Of a stretch of 64,000 nt of DNA, positions 8,241-17,404 are shown one piece after another. A program made the translations under genes and the position numbers. The stretch covers positions 167,006 to 231,005 of the forward strand of contig DATKVM010000005.1 in assembly GCA_035530075.1 (NCBI GenBank), read 5' to 3'. Every line of letters starts with the position of its first letter. Positions within the stretch are counted from its first letter, which is position 1. The notes under the pieces are model-generated. The model did no database searches and was not told the DNA's origin. It saw only the letters and a list, made by a program, of their open reading frames with translations. This DNA comes from Patescibacteria group bacterium. GTDB taxonomy: Bacteria; Patescibacteriota; Microgenomatia; UM-FILTER-40-11.

Positions 8241-9011
8241 TTTTGCCATTTCAGGAAAGCACAAACCAAAATTATTCGTTTTTACAAACTGGTTTTTATA
8301 CATGGGGTGGGGCTCCGATTCTCCCTTGCTTCCGCCGCCTTTATACCAAACCCTATCCTGATTATGCTCATCCACCCAAAGCAAAGCCTTCGAGTTATAC
8401 ATCTCTGGATCTTTAAAAAAGTTGTTTTTTAAAAGGATAAAAAACCAAAAGTAATTAGATGGTTTATCAAAACCCTTTTCGTCTTCAAAGTACCTTATCA
8501 CCTGTTTATGATCTCCAACAACTCCCTCTACATCCTTGACTTTATTTTTCAGGTATTCCACCCGAATTTCTAAAGCATTAAGAGGAATTCCTTCTTTTTC
8601 AAAATGCAGATTATGCATTGGGTCAATTACCAGCCATTTTTGAAACTGGTTTGACCAAATGTCCGTAACGCCGTGGTGCCTTTCCTCTTCCCCCTGTCGG
8701 TGGTTATAATCCACCCCAAGCTTCCGGCAGTACCAGCCCAAAGCCGTCGCGCATTGCAAAAGGGCCAAAGAATAATGAGAGCAATAAAACTCCCCCTCTC
8801 GGGCGTCTCTCAAAATTTCAATTGCATTTTGATAACCTGGTTTAGGATTATTCCCGTGCGGAAGCGTCTGATAAACCCAGTCTTTGAGAAGCAGCTGCTT
8901 CTCAAATTCATTCCTTCCACTCTCCACCACTTTCTCCAGTTGAAATTCATTTCTAAGTTGAAGCGCCAGCGGATGATTAAAATGTTCCCAGACAAACTTT
9001 GGAATATCCAT
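8235..9011 (-). CDS. transglutaminase-like cysteine protease superfamily protein
   Basis: 258 aa. A Cys motif (FYCSHYSLALLQCATALGWYCRKLG) resembles the transglutaminase-like catalytic core, followed by His and Asp candidates (HHGVTD, VIDPMH). Confidence 0.6.
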   Translation of the reverse strand: MDIPKFVWEHFNHPLALQLRNEFQLEKVVESGRNEFEKQLLLKDWVYQTLPHGNNPKPGYQNAIEILRDAREGEFYCSHYSLALLQCATALGWYCRKLGVDYNHRQGEEERHHGVTDIWSNQFQKWLVIDPMHNLHFEKEGIPLNALEIRVEYLKNKVKDVEGVVGDHKQVIRYFEDEKGFDKPSNYFWFFILLKNNFFKDPEMYNSKALLWVDEHNQDRVWYKGGGSKGESEPHPMYKNQFVKTNNFGLCFPEMAKP

Positions 9012-9034
9012 TACCTAATTCTACCAAATCATCC

Positions 9035-9052
9035 GGCGGCAAAAATTAGGGG
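9035..9052 (+). repeat. copy of 18-bp intergenic motif GGCGGCAAAAATTAGGGG
   Basis: Exact copy. It lies 26 bp before ATG 9078, with a TAAAAT -10-like element between. Confidence 0.6.
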
Positions 9053-9077
9053 ATAAAATATCTGATAAAATCAAAGT

Positions 9078-9326
9078 ATGTCCAATTCGGACTACCAGTC
9101 TGTCCTCACCCTCATTTTCCTCGCTTCCGGCACAATCGGCTGTTGGCTATATGCTGTTAAGGGGTTAAAGAGCAAAAAAATTACTGTTGCCTTCAGAAGA
9201 ATGAAAGTAGCCGAGCTTACCGGCAAGAGCGCAATAAAATATAGTCTTATTTGGATTGTTTTTGCCCTCCTACTTACCATCTGTACCGTTAAATATCTCA
9301 CTTTGGTCCTGGCGGGAAAAGGATAA
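9078..9326 (+). CDS. small hypothetical membrane protein (2 TM)
   Basis: 82 aa with two hydrophobic helices. A -10-like TAAAAT lies just upstream. Confidence 0.4.
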   Translation: MSNSDYQSVLTLIFLASGTIGCWLYAVKGLKSKKITVAFRRMKVAELTGKSAIKYSLIWIVFALLLTICTVKYLTLVLAGKG

Positions 9327-9332
9327 AACTCC

Positions 9333-9350
9333 GGCCACAAAAATTAGGGG
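9333..9350 (+). repeat. copy of 18-bp intergenic motif (GGCCACAAAAATTAGGGG variant)
   Basis: 15/18 match. It starts 7 nt after stop 9326 and is followed by TATAAT and ATG 9381. Confidence 0.55.
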
Positions 9351-9380
9351 CACTAAAAATCCTCCTGCTATAATGCAAGT

Positions 9381-9845
9381 ATGGACAAAGAAGAATGGAA
9401 AGATTGGCTTAATGTTAAGCTTTTGCAAAAAGTGGCCATTGTTGACGAAGAAGGCAATATTTTGGTTTTAACCAGAAACCCTAAGAGTCCGGGCTCAAGA
9501 CCGGGCAAACCAGATCTTCCTGGCGGCAGTTTCTCTCCTGAAGATTTAACCAGCGAAGATAACCCCCACCTGGAAGCAGTTAAGAGAGAAATTAAAGAAG
9601 AAACCGGACTAACAGTCCAAAATATCGAAGTTATTCATGCTTCTTCAGGCATTAAACCAACTCAAACGGCCGGAAAAGTTTTGATAATGGCCCTTGGATA
9701 TAAAGCTGGTGTTAAAGGCGTTAAGCCGGAAGTAACTTTAGGCCAGGAACACACCGAATACCAATGGCTTCCCAAAAATGAAGCTCTTAGCCTCGACTTC
9801 GGCAATGATGGCGGCCTTCATAAAGCAATTATCGAAGCAATTTAA
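9381..9845 (+). CDS. NUDIX hydrolase
   Basis: A Nudix box is present (GGSFSPEDLTSEDNPHLEAVKREIKEETGL = GX5EX7REUXEEXGU). TATAAT lies 7 nt before the ATG, suggesting a leaderless-like start. Confidence 0.8.
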   Translation: MDKEEWKDWLNVKLLQKVAIVDEEGNILVLTRNPKSPGSRPGKPDLPGGSFSPEDLTSEDNPHLEAVKREIKEETGLTVQNIEVIHASSGIKPTQTAGKVLIMALGYKAGVKGVKPEVTLGQEHTEYQWLPKNEALSLDFGNDGGLHKAIIEAI

Positions 9846-9851
9846 ATTCTG

Positions 9852-9869
9852 GGCGGCAAAAATTAGGGG
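9852..9869 (+). repeat. copy of 18-bp intergenic motif GGCGGCAAAAATTAGGGG
   Basis: Exact copy 7 nt after the NUDIX stop. Confidence 0.6.
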
Positions 9870-9977
9870 CTTAAATTTTTCCCAAGGCCAAATTCTGGCA
9901 CATTTGATATGGTTTCTAGTCTTGGTTAAGGCCTAAACTATTGTGAAGGATAAGGTGAAAAATGCTACTATAATTAT

Positions 9978-10952
9978 ATGTCCCCTATAGATTATTTAGT
10001 CAGTTTATTATTACTATTACCACGCTGGGTAGCGCTACCCCCAATCTTTATTTTCTTAGCAATTCTTCTACTGAATTTCCCTGATTACTTAACAAGGTTA
10101 GGAATTACCAAAAACCGTCTAACTGTTAAAAAACTGTTTATCATCTTTACTGCTATCATAATTATCTATTTTGTTGGCGCCTTACCAATGTTGCTCAGCT
10201 TCAGAAATACCCAGGAAGACCTTAAAAGCAAGGTTAATGGTCTAAATCAAGATCTTTCTCATTGCAGACTTGGAACTGCCAGCAGCAACCCACCACAAAA
10301 TAATGGAGAACCTCCTCCACAAGAAAACTTACCTCTTTGTCAAGATTGGAATCAATGTACTAATTTCAAGAATGATTTCGGTTTAGATAATAGTTATTAT
10401 GTTCATACAGACGACGATCCTCAAGTATTGATATTGACAAATTCAGGCTCTTGGAAAACACCGCCATTATATTTTGAAAAAGAATGTTCACCCTTTTATT
10501 CATTTAGACTTGATGTTACTCCATTAAACTCTGAGGCTGCAAATATCATCATTGAGAGCAAAGAGATGTTTCAGTTATTTATCGGAGACGGTGATTACCG
10601 AAGCTTGGCATTTCTGAAATGGGATCAAAAAAGCAGCGGGTGGCAAAGGGAGGAGAATTCCAAAATTTTCTTAGGTCGTGACCTTAACCTTCCGGACATG
10701 GAATCCAAAACCCAATTTAGTGTCAGTATTGAAACGAGAAAAAAGGCCGGTAACGCTGAAGTAACCGTTAGTATAACTTACAAACCAGCTGGAGGAAAGA
10801 AAGAAAAAGAAACAGCGACATTTAGGAAAGAAATAGGCCTAGCGGCAGCAGAGCCAGAAAAAATCACAACAAAGGTCGGAATAGGAATGTATCACCCAGA
10901 TGGAAATATCCCTCAAGCAAAATTTTATTTTATGGGGCTTAGAAGTAGGTAA
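9978..10952 (+). CDS. hypothetical membrane-anchored protein
   Basis: 324 aa with two N-terminal hydrophobic helices and a Cys-containing extracytoplasmic domain. The region is AT-rich. Confidence 0.45.
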   Translation: MSPIDYLVSLLLLLPRWVALPPIFIFLAILLLNFPDYLTRLGITKNRLTVKKLFIIFTAIIIIYFVGALPMLLSFRNTQEDLKSKVNGLNQDLSHCRLGTASSNPPQNNGEPPPQENLPLCQDWNQCTNFKNDFGLDNSYYVHTDDDPQVLILTNSGSWKTPPLYFEKECSPFYSFRLDVTPLNSEAANIIIESKEMFQLFIGDGDYRSLAFLKWDQKSSGWQREENSKIFLGRDLNLPDMESKTQFSVSIETRKKAGNAEVTVSITYKPAGGKKEKETATFRKEIGLAAAEPEKITTKVGIGMYHPDGNIPQAKFYFMGLRSR

Positions 10953-10957
10953 CCAAT

Positions 10958-10990
10958 ATGCCCACCGGGCGGTGGGCATTTAATTTCATT
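10958..10990 (+). terminator. rho-independent terminator
   Basis: A 9-bp GC-rich perfect stem (ATGCCCACC/GGTGGGCAT) with a 4-nt loop is followed by TTAATTTCATTT, 6 nt after the stop codon. Confidence 0.55.
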
Positions 10991-11053
10991 TCAGCGGTTT
11001 ATCTCTTTAAACCTAAGCGACTCAACTTAATCCGTCGAAGTCTTGAAATCTGC

Positions 11054-11494
11054 CTAAAGGTTACCTTTTTCTTGAAGAGCGCGCTTTTCTGCCTTACCTC
11101 TGACCTTTTGCGCCTCTTTTTTCTTCATTTCTAACTCTCTCACCAAATTTTCTTTCAATTTTTCCTCAATTTCCGGGCTTTCCGGAATTTCAAAATCCGG
11201 ACTTTCGACCATCTCAATTGCCGCATCAAAGACTTCAGCCGAAGGGCAATATCTGTGACCCATTTCCCCGCTTGGCCTTGTGCCAAAAATTTTCTCCTGA
11301 AATTCCTGAAAGAATTGAAGCCTTCGTTCTCTTATTGTCTTTCCCCGCTCTTCTGGGCTAAACAATTCTTCAAGCCCCGTTGGTTCATTGGAGGCCTTCG
11401 CCAGATACAAAGCATCTTTTCTTTTCCAATCCTTAAGTCTGGTCGTCCATTCACCTAGATTTGATTCGCCTTCAAGATTGTCTACGCTGGTCAT
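11054..11494 (-). CDS. hypothetical protein with charged C-terminal helix
   Basis: 146 aa ORF with a good coding look and no recognisable motif. Confidence 0.4.
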   Translation of the reverse strand: MTSVDNLEGESNLGEWTTRLKDWKRKDALYLAKASNEPTGLEELFSPEERGKTIRERRLQFFQEFQEKIFGTRPSGEMGHRYCPSAEVFDAAIEMVESPDFEIPESPEIEEKLKENLVRELEMKKKEAQKVRGKAEKRALQEKGNL

Positions 11495-11634
11495 TTTAAA
11501 GCCCCTTTAATTTACACTTCAATCTAACAAAACACGACTCCTTCGTCAACCAAAGTGCCCTTCGCCAGAAGGGTACATAATTTCCCCCGTCCAATTTGAT
11601 CAGAGGAGTATAATTACTTTGAGGAGGATAGAAA

Positions 11635-12027
11635 ATGCTGACAGCAGAAATGCGTAGTACAAGGGAGGGCGAATTAAAAAGTCCCGAGCGTCAACGACTC
11701 TTCCATGTATTAACTGATTTTTTAATCGGCCAGTCTCCAGAGATTCCAGAAAATGCCTGTGCCTCAAGTCCTTTTCTTCTCATGGGCGGCTGGCTGCATC
11801 CGGTCGTAAATATGGAGACAGCGGAGAGAGAGGAAGGTCAAGGGGGAGAAATTGTAGGTTTAAGGTGGATAGATAATGAAGCAGTAAAAGCCCATCCCGG
11901 GGAAGATCCTGCTTGGGCAAAGATGGAAAAAGCAATGGCCCACGTTCCTGTCCAAGCCTTCTTTGTAAACTCGTCGAAGGATTTATCCTGCTTGCCCATC
12001 GTAACCCTGGTGAAGATGGGAGCGTAG
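11635..12027 (+). CDS. hypothetical protein
   Basis: 130 aa with GAGGAGG RBS and TATAAT upstream. The 3' end runs into a tandem 23-bp repeat. Confidence 0.35.
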   Translation: MLTAEMRSTREGELKSPERQRLFHVLTDFLIGQSPEIPENACASSPFLLMGGWLHPVVNMETAEREEGQGGEIVGLRWIDNEAVKAHPGEDPAWAKMEKAMAHVPVQAFFVNSSKDLSCLPIVTLVKMGA

Positions 12028-12058
12028 TCGAGGATTTATCCTGAGCGTAGTCGAAGGA

Positions 12059-14749
12059 TTACTTATTGGTGTGAGTACTTGCACCCATTTTGTCCTCCAC
12101 TGCCGCTTGGGCGGCGGCGAGCCGGGCAATGGGGACCCTGAATGGCGAGCAGGAAACATAGGTCAGTCCTACCCGGTGGCAGAATTTGATTGACTCCGGG
12201 TCACCGCCATGCTCACCACAAATTCCCACTTTCAGATTCTTTCTGACCGAGCGGCCTTTTTCGACTGCCATCTTAACGAGCTGCCCGACCCCGTCTTGGT
12301 CCAAAGTCTGGAATGGGTCAGCTTTTAAAAGCTTTTGGTCAAGATAAACTTTTATAAACTTCCCTGAATCATCTCTGGAAAAACCCATACACATCTGGGT
12401 CAAGTCGTTAGTGCCGCAAGAGAAAAATTCGGCTTCTTGGGCAACTTCATCGGCCGTTAAAGCGCCTCTAGGCACCTCAATCATCGTCCCGACATGGTAT
12501 TCCAGCTTGACGCCTTCTTCCTTCATCACCTCATCCGCCACGCGGACAACGACTTCCTTTTGGTGTTTAAGCTCGTTAACATTCCCAACCAAAGGAATCA
12601 TCACTTCCGGAATGACCTCCAGCTTTTCTTCTTTCTTAAGCTCACAAGCGGCCTGGAAAATGGCCCACGCCTGCATTTCGGTAATCTCCGGATAAGTAAT
12701 GCCTAAGCGGCAGCCGCGATGGCCAAGCATCGGGTTAAATTCGTGGAGTTCGGCCGACTTGGCCCAGATTTTCTCGGCGGGCACGCCGATTTTCTTAGAA
12801 AGCTCAACCGCTTCCTCCTCGGTCTTGGGCAAAAATTCATGAAGCGGCGGGTCCAAGGTTCTAATCGTTACCGGGAGTCCCTCCATTTCCTTAAAGAGCC
12901 CCTTAAAGTCCTCTTTTTGGAACTCAAGTAGTTTTTTGAGGGCTTTCCGCCGGTCTTCTTCATTGTCAGCCACAATCATTTCCTGCATAAAAGGCAGCCG
13001 GTCTTTGGCAAAGAACATATGCTCGGTTCGGCAAAGCCCGATGCCTTCGGCCCCGAATTTGCGAGCCACGACCGCGTCTCTTGGAATATCGGCATTGGCC
13101 CGAACCCCGATTCTTCTCGCTTCGTCCGCCCAGCCCATAAACTCGCCAAAGTCCCCGGTCATACTCGGCTCCATGGTCGGGACTTTGCCTAAAATCACCT
13201 CGCCGGTGCTGCCGTTTAGGGTAATAAACTCGCCCTCATGAAACTCTACCCCGCCAACCGAAAACTTCTTAGCTACCTCATCCACCCTGATATCTTCACA
13301 ACCGGCCACGCAGCATTTACCCATACTTCTGGCCACAATCGCCGCATGCGAAGTCATTCCGCCTCGGCCAGTTAAAATCCCTTGAGACATCGCCATTCCC
13401 GCAATATCATCCGGGTTGGTTTCCAAACGAACTAAAATCACTTTGTCCGTGTCTCCTTGAGTGACCGCGTCTTCCGAGGAAAAAACCACCTGGCCGACGG
13501 CCGCTCCCGGGGAGGCAGGCAAACCCTTGGCCAAAACTTCACACTTAGCGGTCGGGTCCAAAATCGGGTGCAAAAGCTGGTTTAAAGATTCCGGCTCGAC
13601 CCGCATTAAAGCCTCATCTTTGGTAATGAGCTTTTCCTTGACCATATCAACGGCAATTTTTACCGCCGCCAAAGCGGTTCTTTTACCGTTCCGGGTCTGA
13701 AGCATATAAAGCTTGCCTTTCTCAATCGTGAACTCAAAATCCTGGACATCCCGGTAATGCTTTTCCAAGCGGGAAGTAATTTCCTTAAGCTGCTTAAAAA
13801 CGGCCGGCATTTCGTGCTCAAGCTCGGTAATCGGCTTTGGCGTGCGCACGCCAGCAACCACATCCTCGCCTTGGGCATTGACCAAATATTCACCATAAAA
13901 AGCTTTTTCTCCAGTGGCTGGATTGCGGGTAAAACCAACGCCGGTAGCACAATCATTGCCTAAATTGCCAAAAACCATTGTCTGAACATTAACCGCTGTC
14001 CCTAAATCATCCGCAATTTTATTAAGCTTGCGGTAAGTAATGGCCCGGGGGTTGTTCCAACTCCTAAAAACCGCATCTTGGGCTAAATCCAGCTGAACTA
14101 AAGGATCTTGAGGAAAAGCCCGGCCGGTCTTTTCTTGAATCAGCTCTTTATACTTCCCCACCAAATCTTTAATGTCGGCCACTTTTAAATCCGTATCCAG
14201 CATGGCTCCAACTTCTTCTTTCTTTTTCCCTAAAATCTCTTCAAAAACCTCCTTGCCCAAACCTAAAACCACATCGCCGAAGGTATAGAGGAAACGGCGG
14301 TAAGAGTCCCAGGCAAACCAGTCATTGCCGGTTCTCTTGGCTAAGCCTTCCACAATTTTGTCATTCAAGCCTAAGTTCAAAACTGTATCCATCATTCCCG
14401 GCATGGAAAATTTAGCGCCGGAACGGACAGAAACTAAAAGTGGGTTTTCGACCTCGCCGAACTGCTTACCATTTACTTTCTCCAGCTTCTTGACCGCCGC
14501 TTCGTATTGTTCCTTAAATCCCTCTGGTAACTTATGCCCCCGGCTATAGAGAAACTTGCAGACCTCGGTGGTAATGGTGAATCCGGGCGGGACAGGAATA
14601 CCGGCGTTAGTCATCTCCGCCAAACCAGCGCCTTTGCCGCCTAAAAGATCCTTCATTTTGCCGTTGCCTTCGGCTTTGCCCTCACCAAAGAAGTAAACAT
14701 ACTTATTCTCTTTATTTGAACCGGAGGTTTTCCTTTTTGAAGTTACCAC
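12059..14749 (-). CDS. ppdK: pyruvate, phosphate dikinase
   Basis: 896 aa. It has the PEP-utilising phospho-His region (GGMTSHAAIVARSMGKCCVAGC), an N-terminal ATP-grasp and a C-terminal PEP/pyruvate-binding domain with RTEHMFF. Confidence 0.95.
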   Translation of the reverse strand: MVTSKRKTSGSNKENKYVYFFGEGKAEGNGKMKDLLGGKGAGLAEMTNAGIPVPPGFTITTEVCKFLYSRGHKLPEGFKEQYEAAVKKLEKVNGKQFGEVENPLLVSVRSGAKFSMPGMMDTVLNLGLNDKIVEGLAKRTGNDWFAWDSYRRFLYTFGDVVLGLGKEVFEEILGKKKEEVGAMLDTDLKVADIKDLVGKYKELIQEKTGRAFPQDPLVQLDLAQDAVFRSWNNPRAITYRKLNKIADDLGTAVNVQTMVFGNLGNDCATGVGFTRNPATGEKAFYGEYLVNAQGEDVVAGVRTPKPITELEHEMPAVFKQLKEITSRLEKHYRDVQDFEFTIEKGKLYMLQTRNGKRTALAAVKIAVDMVKEKLITKDEALMRVEPESLNQLLHPILDPTAKCEVLAKGLPASPGAAVGQVVFSSEDAVTQGDTDKVILVRLETNPDDIAGMAMSQGILTGRGGMTSHAAIVARSMGKCCVAGCEDIRVDEVAKKFSVGGVEFHEGEFITLNGSTGEVILGKVPTMEPSMTGDFGEFMGWADEARRIGVRANADIPRDAVVARKFGAEGIGLCRTEHMFFAKDRLPFMQEMIVADNEEDRRKALKKLLEFQKEDFKGLFKEMEGLPVTIRTLDPPLHEFLPKTEEEAVELSKKIGVPAEKIWAKSAELHEFNPMLGHRGCRLGITYPEITEMQAWAIFQAACELKKEEKLEVIPEVMIPLVGNVNELKHQKEVVVRVADEVMKEEGVKLEYHVGTMIEVPRGALTADEVAQEAEFFSCGTNDLTQMCMGFSRDDSGKFIKVYLDQKLLKADPFQTLDQDGVGQLVKMAVEKGRSVRKNLKVGICGEHGGDPESIKFCHRVGLTYVSCSPFRVPIARLAAAQAAVEDKMGASTHTNK

Positions 14750-14865
14750 AATCTCTCCTTAATTAAGGCTAGCTAACAAGTTTCTCTATTCTACTCTTTG
14801 AGCCTCAAATTGGCAAGAAACGATTACTATGATAGGATAGTTAAAGTACTGCTCAAGATAAGAAG

Positions 14866-16101
14866 ATGGCTGAGATTAAGAGGCTAGTTTTCCCTCCGGG
14901 GTTTTTGTGGGGAACGGCGACGGCTGCCCATCAAGTTGAAGGAAATAATATTCACAGCGATTGGTGGGAATGGGAACAGGCTGGCGGCGGAACTGAACCA
15001 TCAGGCCAGGCCTGTGGCCAATATGAACTTTTCTCCAAAGATTTTAATCTCATTAAAAAGCTTCATAACAACGCCCATCGGCTTTCCTTAGAATGGGCCC
15101 GGCTGGAGCCAAAATGTGGTTGGTTTGATCCTCAAGAAGTCAAACACTACCGAAAAGTGCTTTCTTCCTTAAAAAAGAGGGGGATAAAAACTTTCGTTAC
15201 CCTTCACCACTTTACTAATCCCTCTTGGTTTGCTCAAAAGGGGGGTTTTGTCAAACGAGCCAATCTTCAGTATTTTGAAAAATATGTTAGCTACTGTGCG
15301 AAAAATTTTGGTGATTTAGTGGATGCCTGGATAACGATTAACGAACCAAATATGTATGTCGGAGCCGCTTATCTTCAGGGTCTTTGGCCACCTCAAAAGC
15401 GCAGTCTTTGGCTATCTTTAAAGGTGATGCTCAACTTAGCTCTGGCGCACCGAAGAGCTTACCAGATACTCCATCAAAAATTCACCGACTGCCAAGTGGG
15501 AGCCGCCGTTAGCTATCAGTCAATTCACCCCACGAGGAAAAAGCTAATTAATCGGCTTCTATGCTGGGTGGTAAAATTTTTTTCCAATAACTTCTTTTAT
15601 TTTCTTACCGGCAAAACCCATGATTTTTTAGGTCTTAATTATTATCAAAACGTTAAGATTTCCTGGCGGATTTTTAAACTGTTCTTGAGCTCAAGCGAAG
15701 AGAAAATTGAAGAAGAACAAGACGACTATTTTTCCGGAGAAACCACCGATTTGGGCTGGAACATTTATCCCCGAGGGATTCATGAAGTGGTAGTTGAGGC
15801 TTACCGCAAATACAGAAAGCCAATTTTTATTACCGAAAACGGAGTCGCCGATAGTAAAGATACCCGAAGAAAAGACTTTATCCAAGACCACCTTCGGTGG
15901 CTTTACGAAGCCATCAAGGAAGGAATCGATGTTCGAGGCTACTTTTATTGGACTTTACTGGATAATTTCGAGTGGGCTTTAGGTTTTAAACCAAAGTTTG
16001 GTTTGGCGAAAACCGATTATTCAACTCTTCGGCGGAACTTTCGCCCTAGTGCCCGTTTTTACGCAGAAGTCTGCCAGAACAATGCGATCTTAGACTTATA
16101 G
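14866..16101 (+). CDS. glycoside hydrolase family 1 (beta-glucosidase/6-phospho-beta-glycosidase)
   Basis: GH1 signatures are present. These include N-terminal FLWGTATAAHQVEG, acid/base TINEPN and the nucleophile motif ITENG. Confidence 0.9.
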   Translation: MAEIKRLVFPPGFLWGTATAAHQVEGNNIHSDWWEWEQAGGGTEPSGQACGQYELFSKDFNLIKKLHNNAHRLSLEWARLEPKCGWFDPQEVKHYRKVLSSLKKRGIKTFVTLHHFTNPSWFAQKGGFVKRANLQYFEKYVSYCAKNFGDLVDAWITINEPNMYVGAAYLQGLWPPQKRSLWLSLKVMLNLALAHRRAYQILHQKFTDCQVGAAVSYQSIHPTRKKLINRLLCWVVKFFSNNFFYFLTGKTHDFLGLNYYQNVKISWRIFKLFLSSSEEKIEEEQDDYFSGETTDLGWNIYPRGIHEVVVEAYRKYRKPIFITENGVADSKDTRRKDFIQDHLRWLYEAIKEGIDVRGYFYWTLLDNFEWALGFKPKFGLAKTDYSTLRRNFRPSARFYAEVCQNNAILDL

Positions 16102-16245
16102 ACTATTTTCTTGCTTGCAAAATAAGGTCCAAATCGGGTAAAATCCACCTCGAAGAGGGAAAAATTCCTATCTTTTATGCCATGGAACAAGAAGAACCTC
16201 CTTTGAGTCGGGAAACAATTAAGGTTAAACCTAATCAAAACCAAT

Positions 16246-16596
16246 ATGAAAGAGTTTTTAAACATCTTACTCTATTTTGGCGTTGGCTTTCTGGAGATGT
16301 TTTTGGCCACCCAAAGAACTTACTGGATTTCCAAAGGCCGATCGTCCGCAGCGGCCCTCTTAGTGTTTTTTGAAAACTTCATCGCTCTTTTCGTCATTTA
16401 TCAAATCGCTAACAATCTTTATGGCCACTGGCCGATCTTCGTCGCTTATGCTATCGGCAACTCTCTGGGCACTTTCCTTAATCTTGAGGGAAACAAGGGT
16501 TTTCCGCCTCGTTTGAGGCTATTTAAGGCTAAAAGGGCCACTTCCAAGGCTAAACTAGCCGCGGAAGCCTCTTCGCTTCAGCCAGCCTCAATCTGA
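16246..16596 (+). CDS. hypothetical small membrane protein
   Basis: 116 aa with 3 hydrophobic helices. The C-terminal tail is encoded by GAGGCTA-type repeats and may not be real. Confidence 0.35.
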   Translation: MKEFLNILLYFGVGFLEMFLATQRTYWISKGRSSAAALLVFFENFIALFVIYQIANNLYGHWPIFVAYAIGNSLGTFLNLEGNKGFPPRLRLFKAKRATSKAKLAAEASSLQPASI

Positions 16597-16723
16597 GGCT
16601 AAATCTTGCCTTAACCGTTCGGTTGCCGGTGGAAAAGAAAGGTTTTTCCTTGACTTTTTGCCCTTCTTCGGTTATAATCCCCGAAGTCCTGAGCAAACTG
16701 TTCAGGATTTTTTTGCGGGCTAA

Positions 16724-17398
16724 TTGGCCCGCCCTATGAACCAAAAATTCAATCAGGTTAAAAGGTTTCTCGAACCAAAACTTAATCTTTTAGCCAGCCG
16801 AATTTTCACTTCTGTAGTTAAGCCGTTTAGCCGGTATTCCCGCCAGATTTTTGAATTCCAAAAAATCAAACAGGCTGTCGGCTCCCTAATGGTCGTTTCC
16901 GTCTTAGCGATGGCGGTTTTGCCAACCTCGCTTTCCACGGCCCAAGCCAACATTGAAACTAATCAGGCTCAAATCGAAGTTGATTTGGCCTCGCTGACAA
17001 CTGAACAATCGGTTCACTTGCCCTTGGAAACTTTTAAGTTTAGCCAAGGCTTTAGCTTCTTCCATCCAGGTATTGATTTGGCTGCTCCCAAAGGAACGCC
17101 TACTTACCCGATTATGGAAGGTTATGTTGAAGAAATTGAGTATAGCCACTGGGGTTATGGTAACCATATCTATATTAACCATGGTAACGGCTTTCGATCC
17201 CTCTATGCCCATTTATCTCAAATTGAGGTGAAAAAAGACGAATTCGTTAACCGAGACTCGATTATCGGGTTAGTCGGTTCAAGCGGTTGGTCGTCTGGAC
17301 CCCACCTTCACTTGCAAATTTGGGAAGGGGAAAAATTGATTAACCCCAAAACTTTCCTGGAAAGCTATTTAGGCCAAAAATTAGCCAGTGTTAAGTAA
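16724..17398 (+). CDS. M23 family metallopeptidase (LytM-like)
   Basis: M23 active-site motifs are present (HPGIDLAAPKGTP, YGNHIYINHGNG, GPHLHLQIW). An N-terminal signal/anchor is present. Confidence 0.85.
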   Translation: MARPMNQKFNQVKRFLEPKLNLLASRIFTSVVKPFSRYSRQIFEFQKIKQAVGSLMVVSVLAMAVLPTSLSTAQANIETNQAQIEVDLASLTTEQSVHLPLETFKFSQGFSFFHPGIDLAAPKGTPTYPIMEGYVEEIEYSHWGYGNHIYINHGNGFRSLYAHLSQIEVKKDEFVNRDSIIGLVGSSGWSSGPHLHLQIWEGEKLINPKTFLESYLGQKLASVK

Positions 17399-17404
17399 CC
17401 TAGG

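Noticed and set aside
8673-9056. ORF 8673..9056 (127 aa, plus strand)
   Set aside because: It is entirely antisense to the transglutaminase-like gene, and its C-terminus is simply the translation of the repeated 18-bp motif (…AAKIRG).
7962-9869. CRISPR array interpretation of the repeated 18-bp motif
   Set aside because: Spacing is irregular at 264 to 813 bp. The spacers contain full protein-coding genes, the repeat is not palindromic, and there are no cas genes.
12411-14549. Numerous 60-130 aa ORFs antisense to or out of frame within ppdK, groEL, valS, the 999-aa gene, VirB4 and the pilin genes
   Set aside because: Examples are 12411..12695, 19407..19880, 27283..27731, 32193..32492, 44432..44740 and 54651..54896. 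They are fully nested in long, well-supported genes on the other strand or frame, low-complexity, and without RBS or promoter context, so they are spurious.
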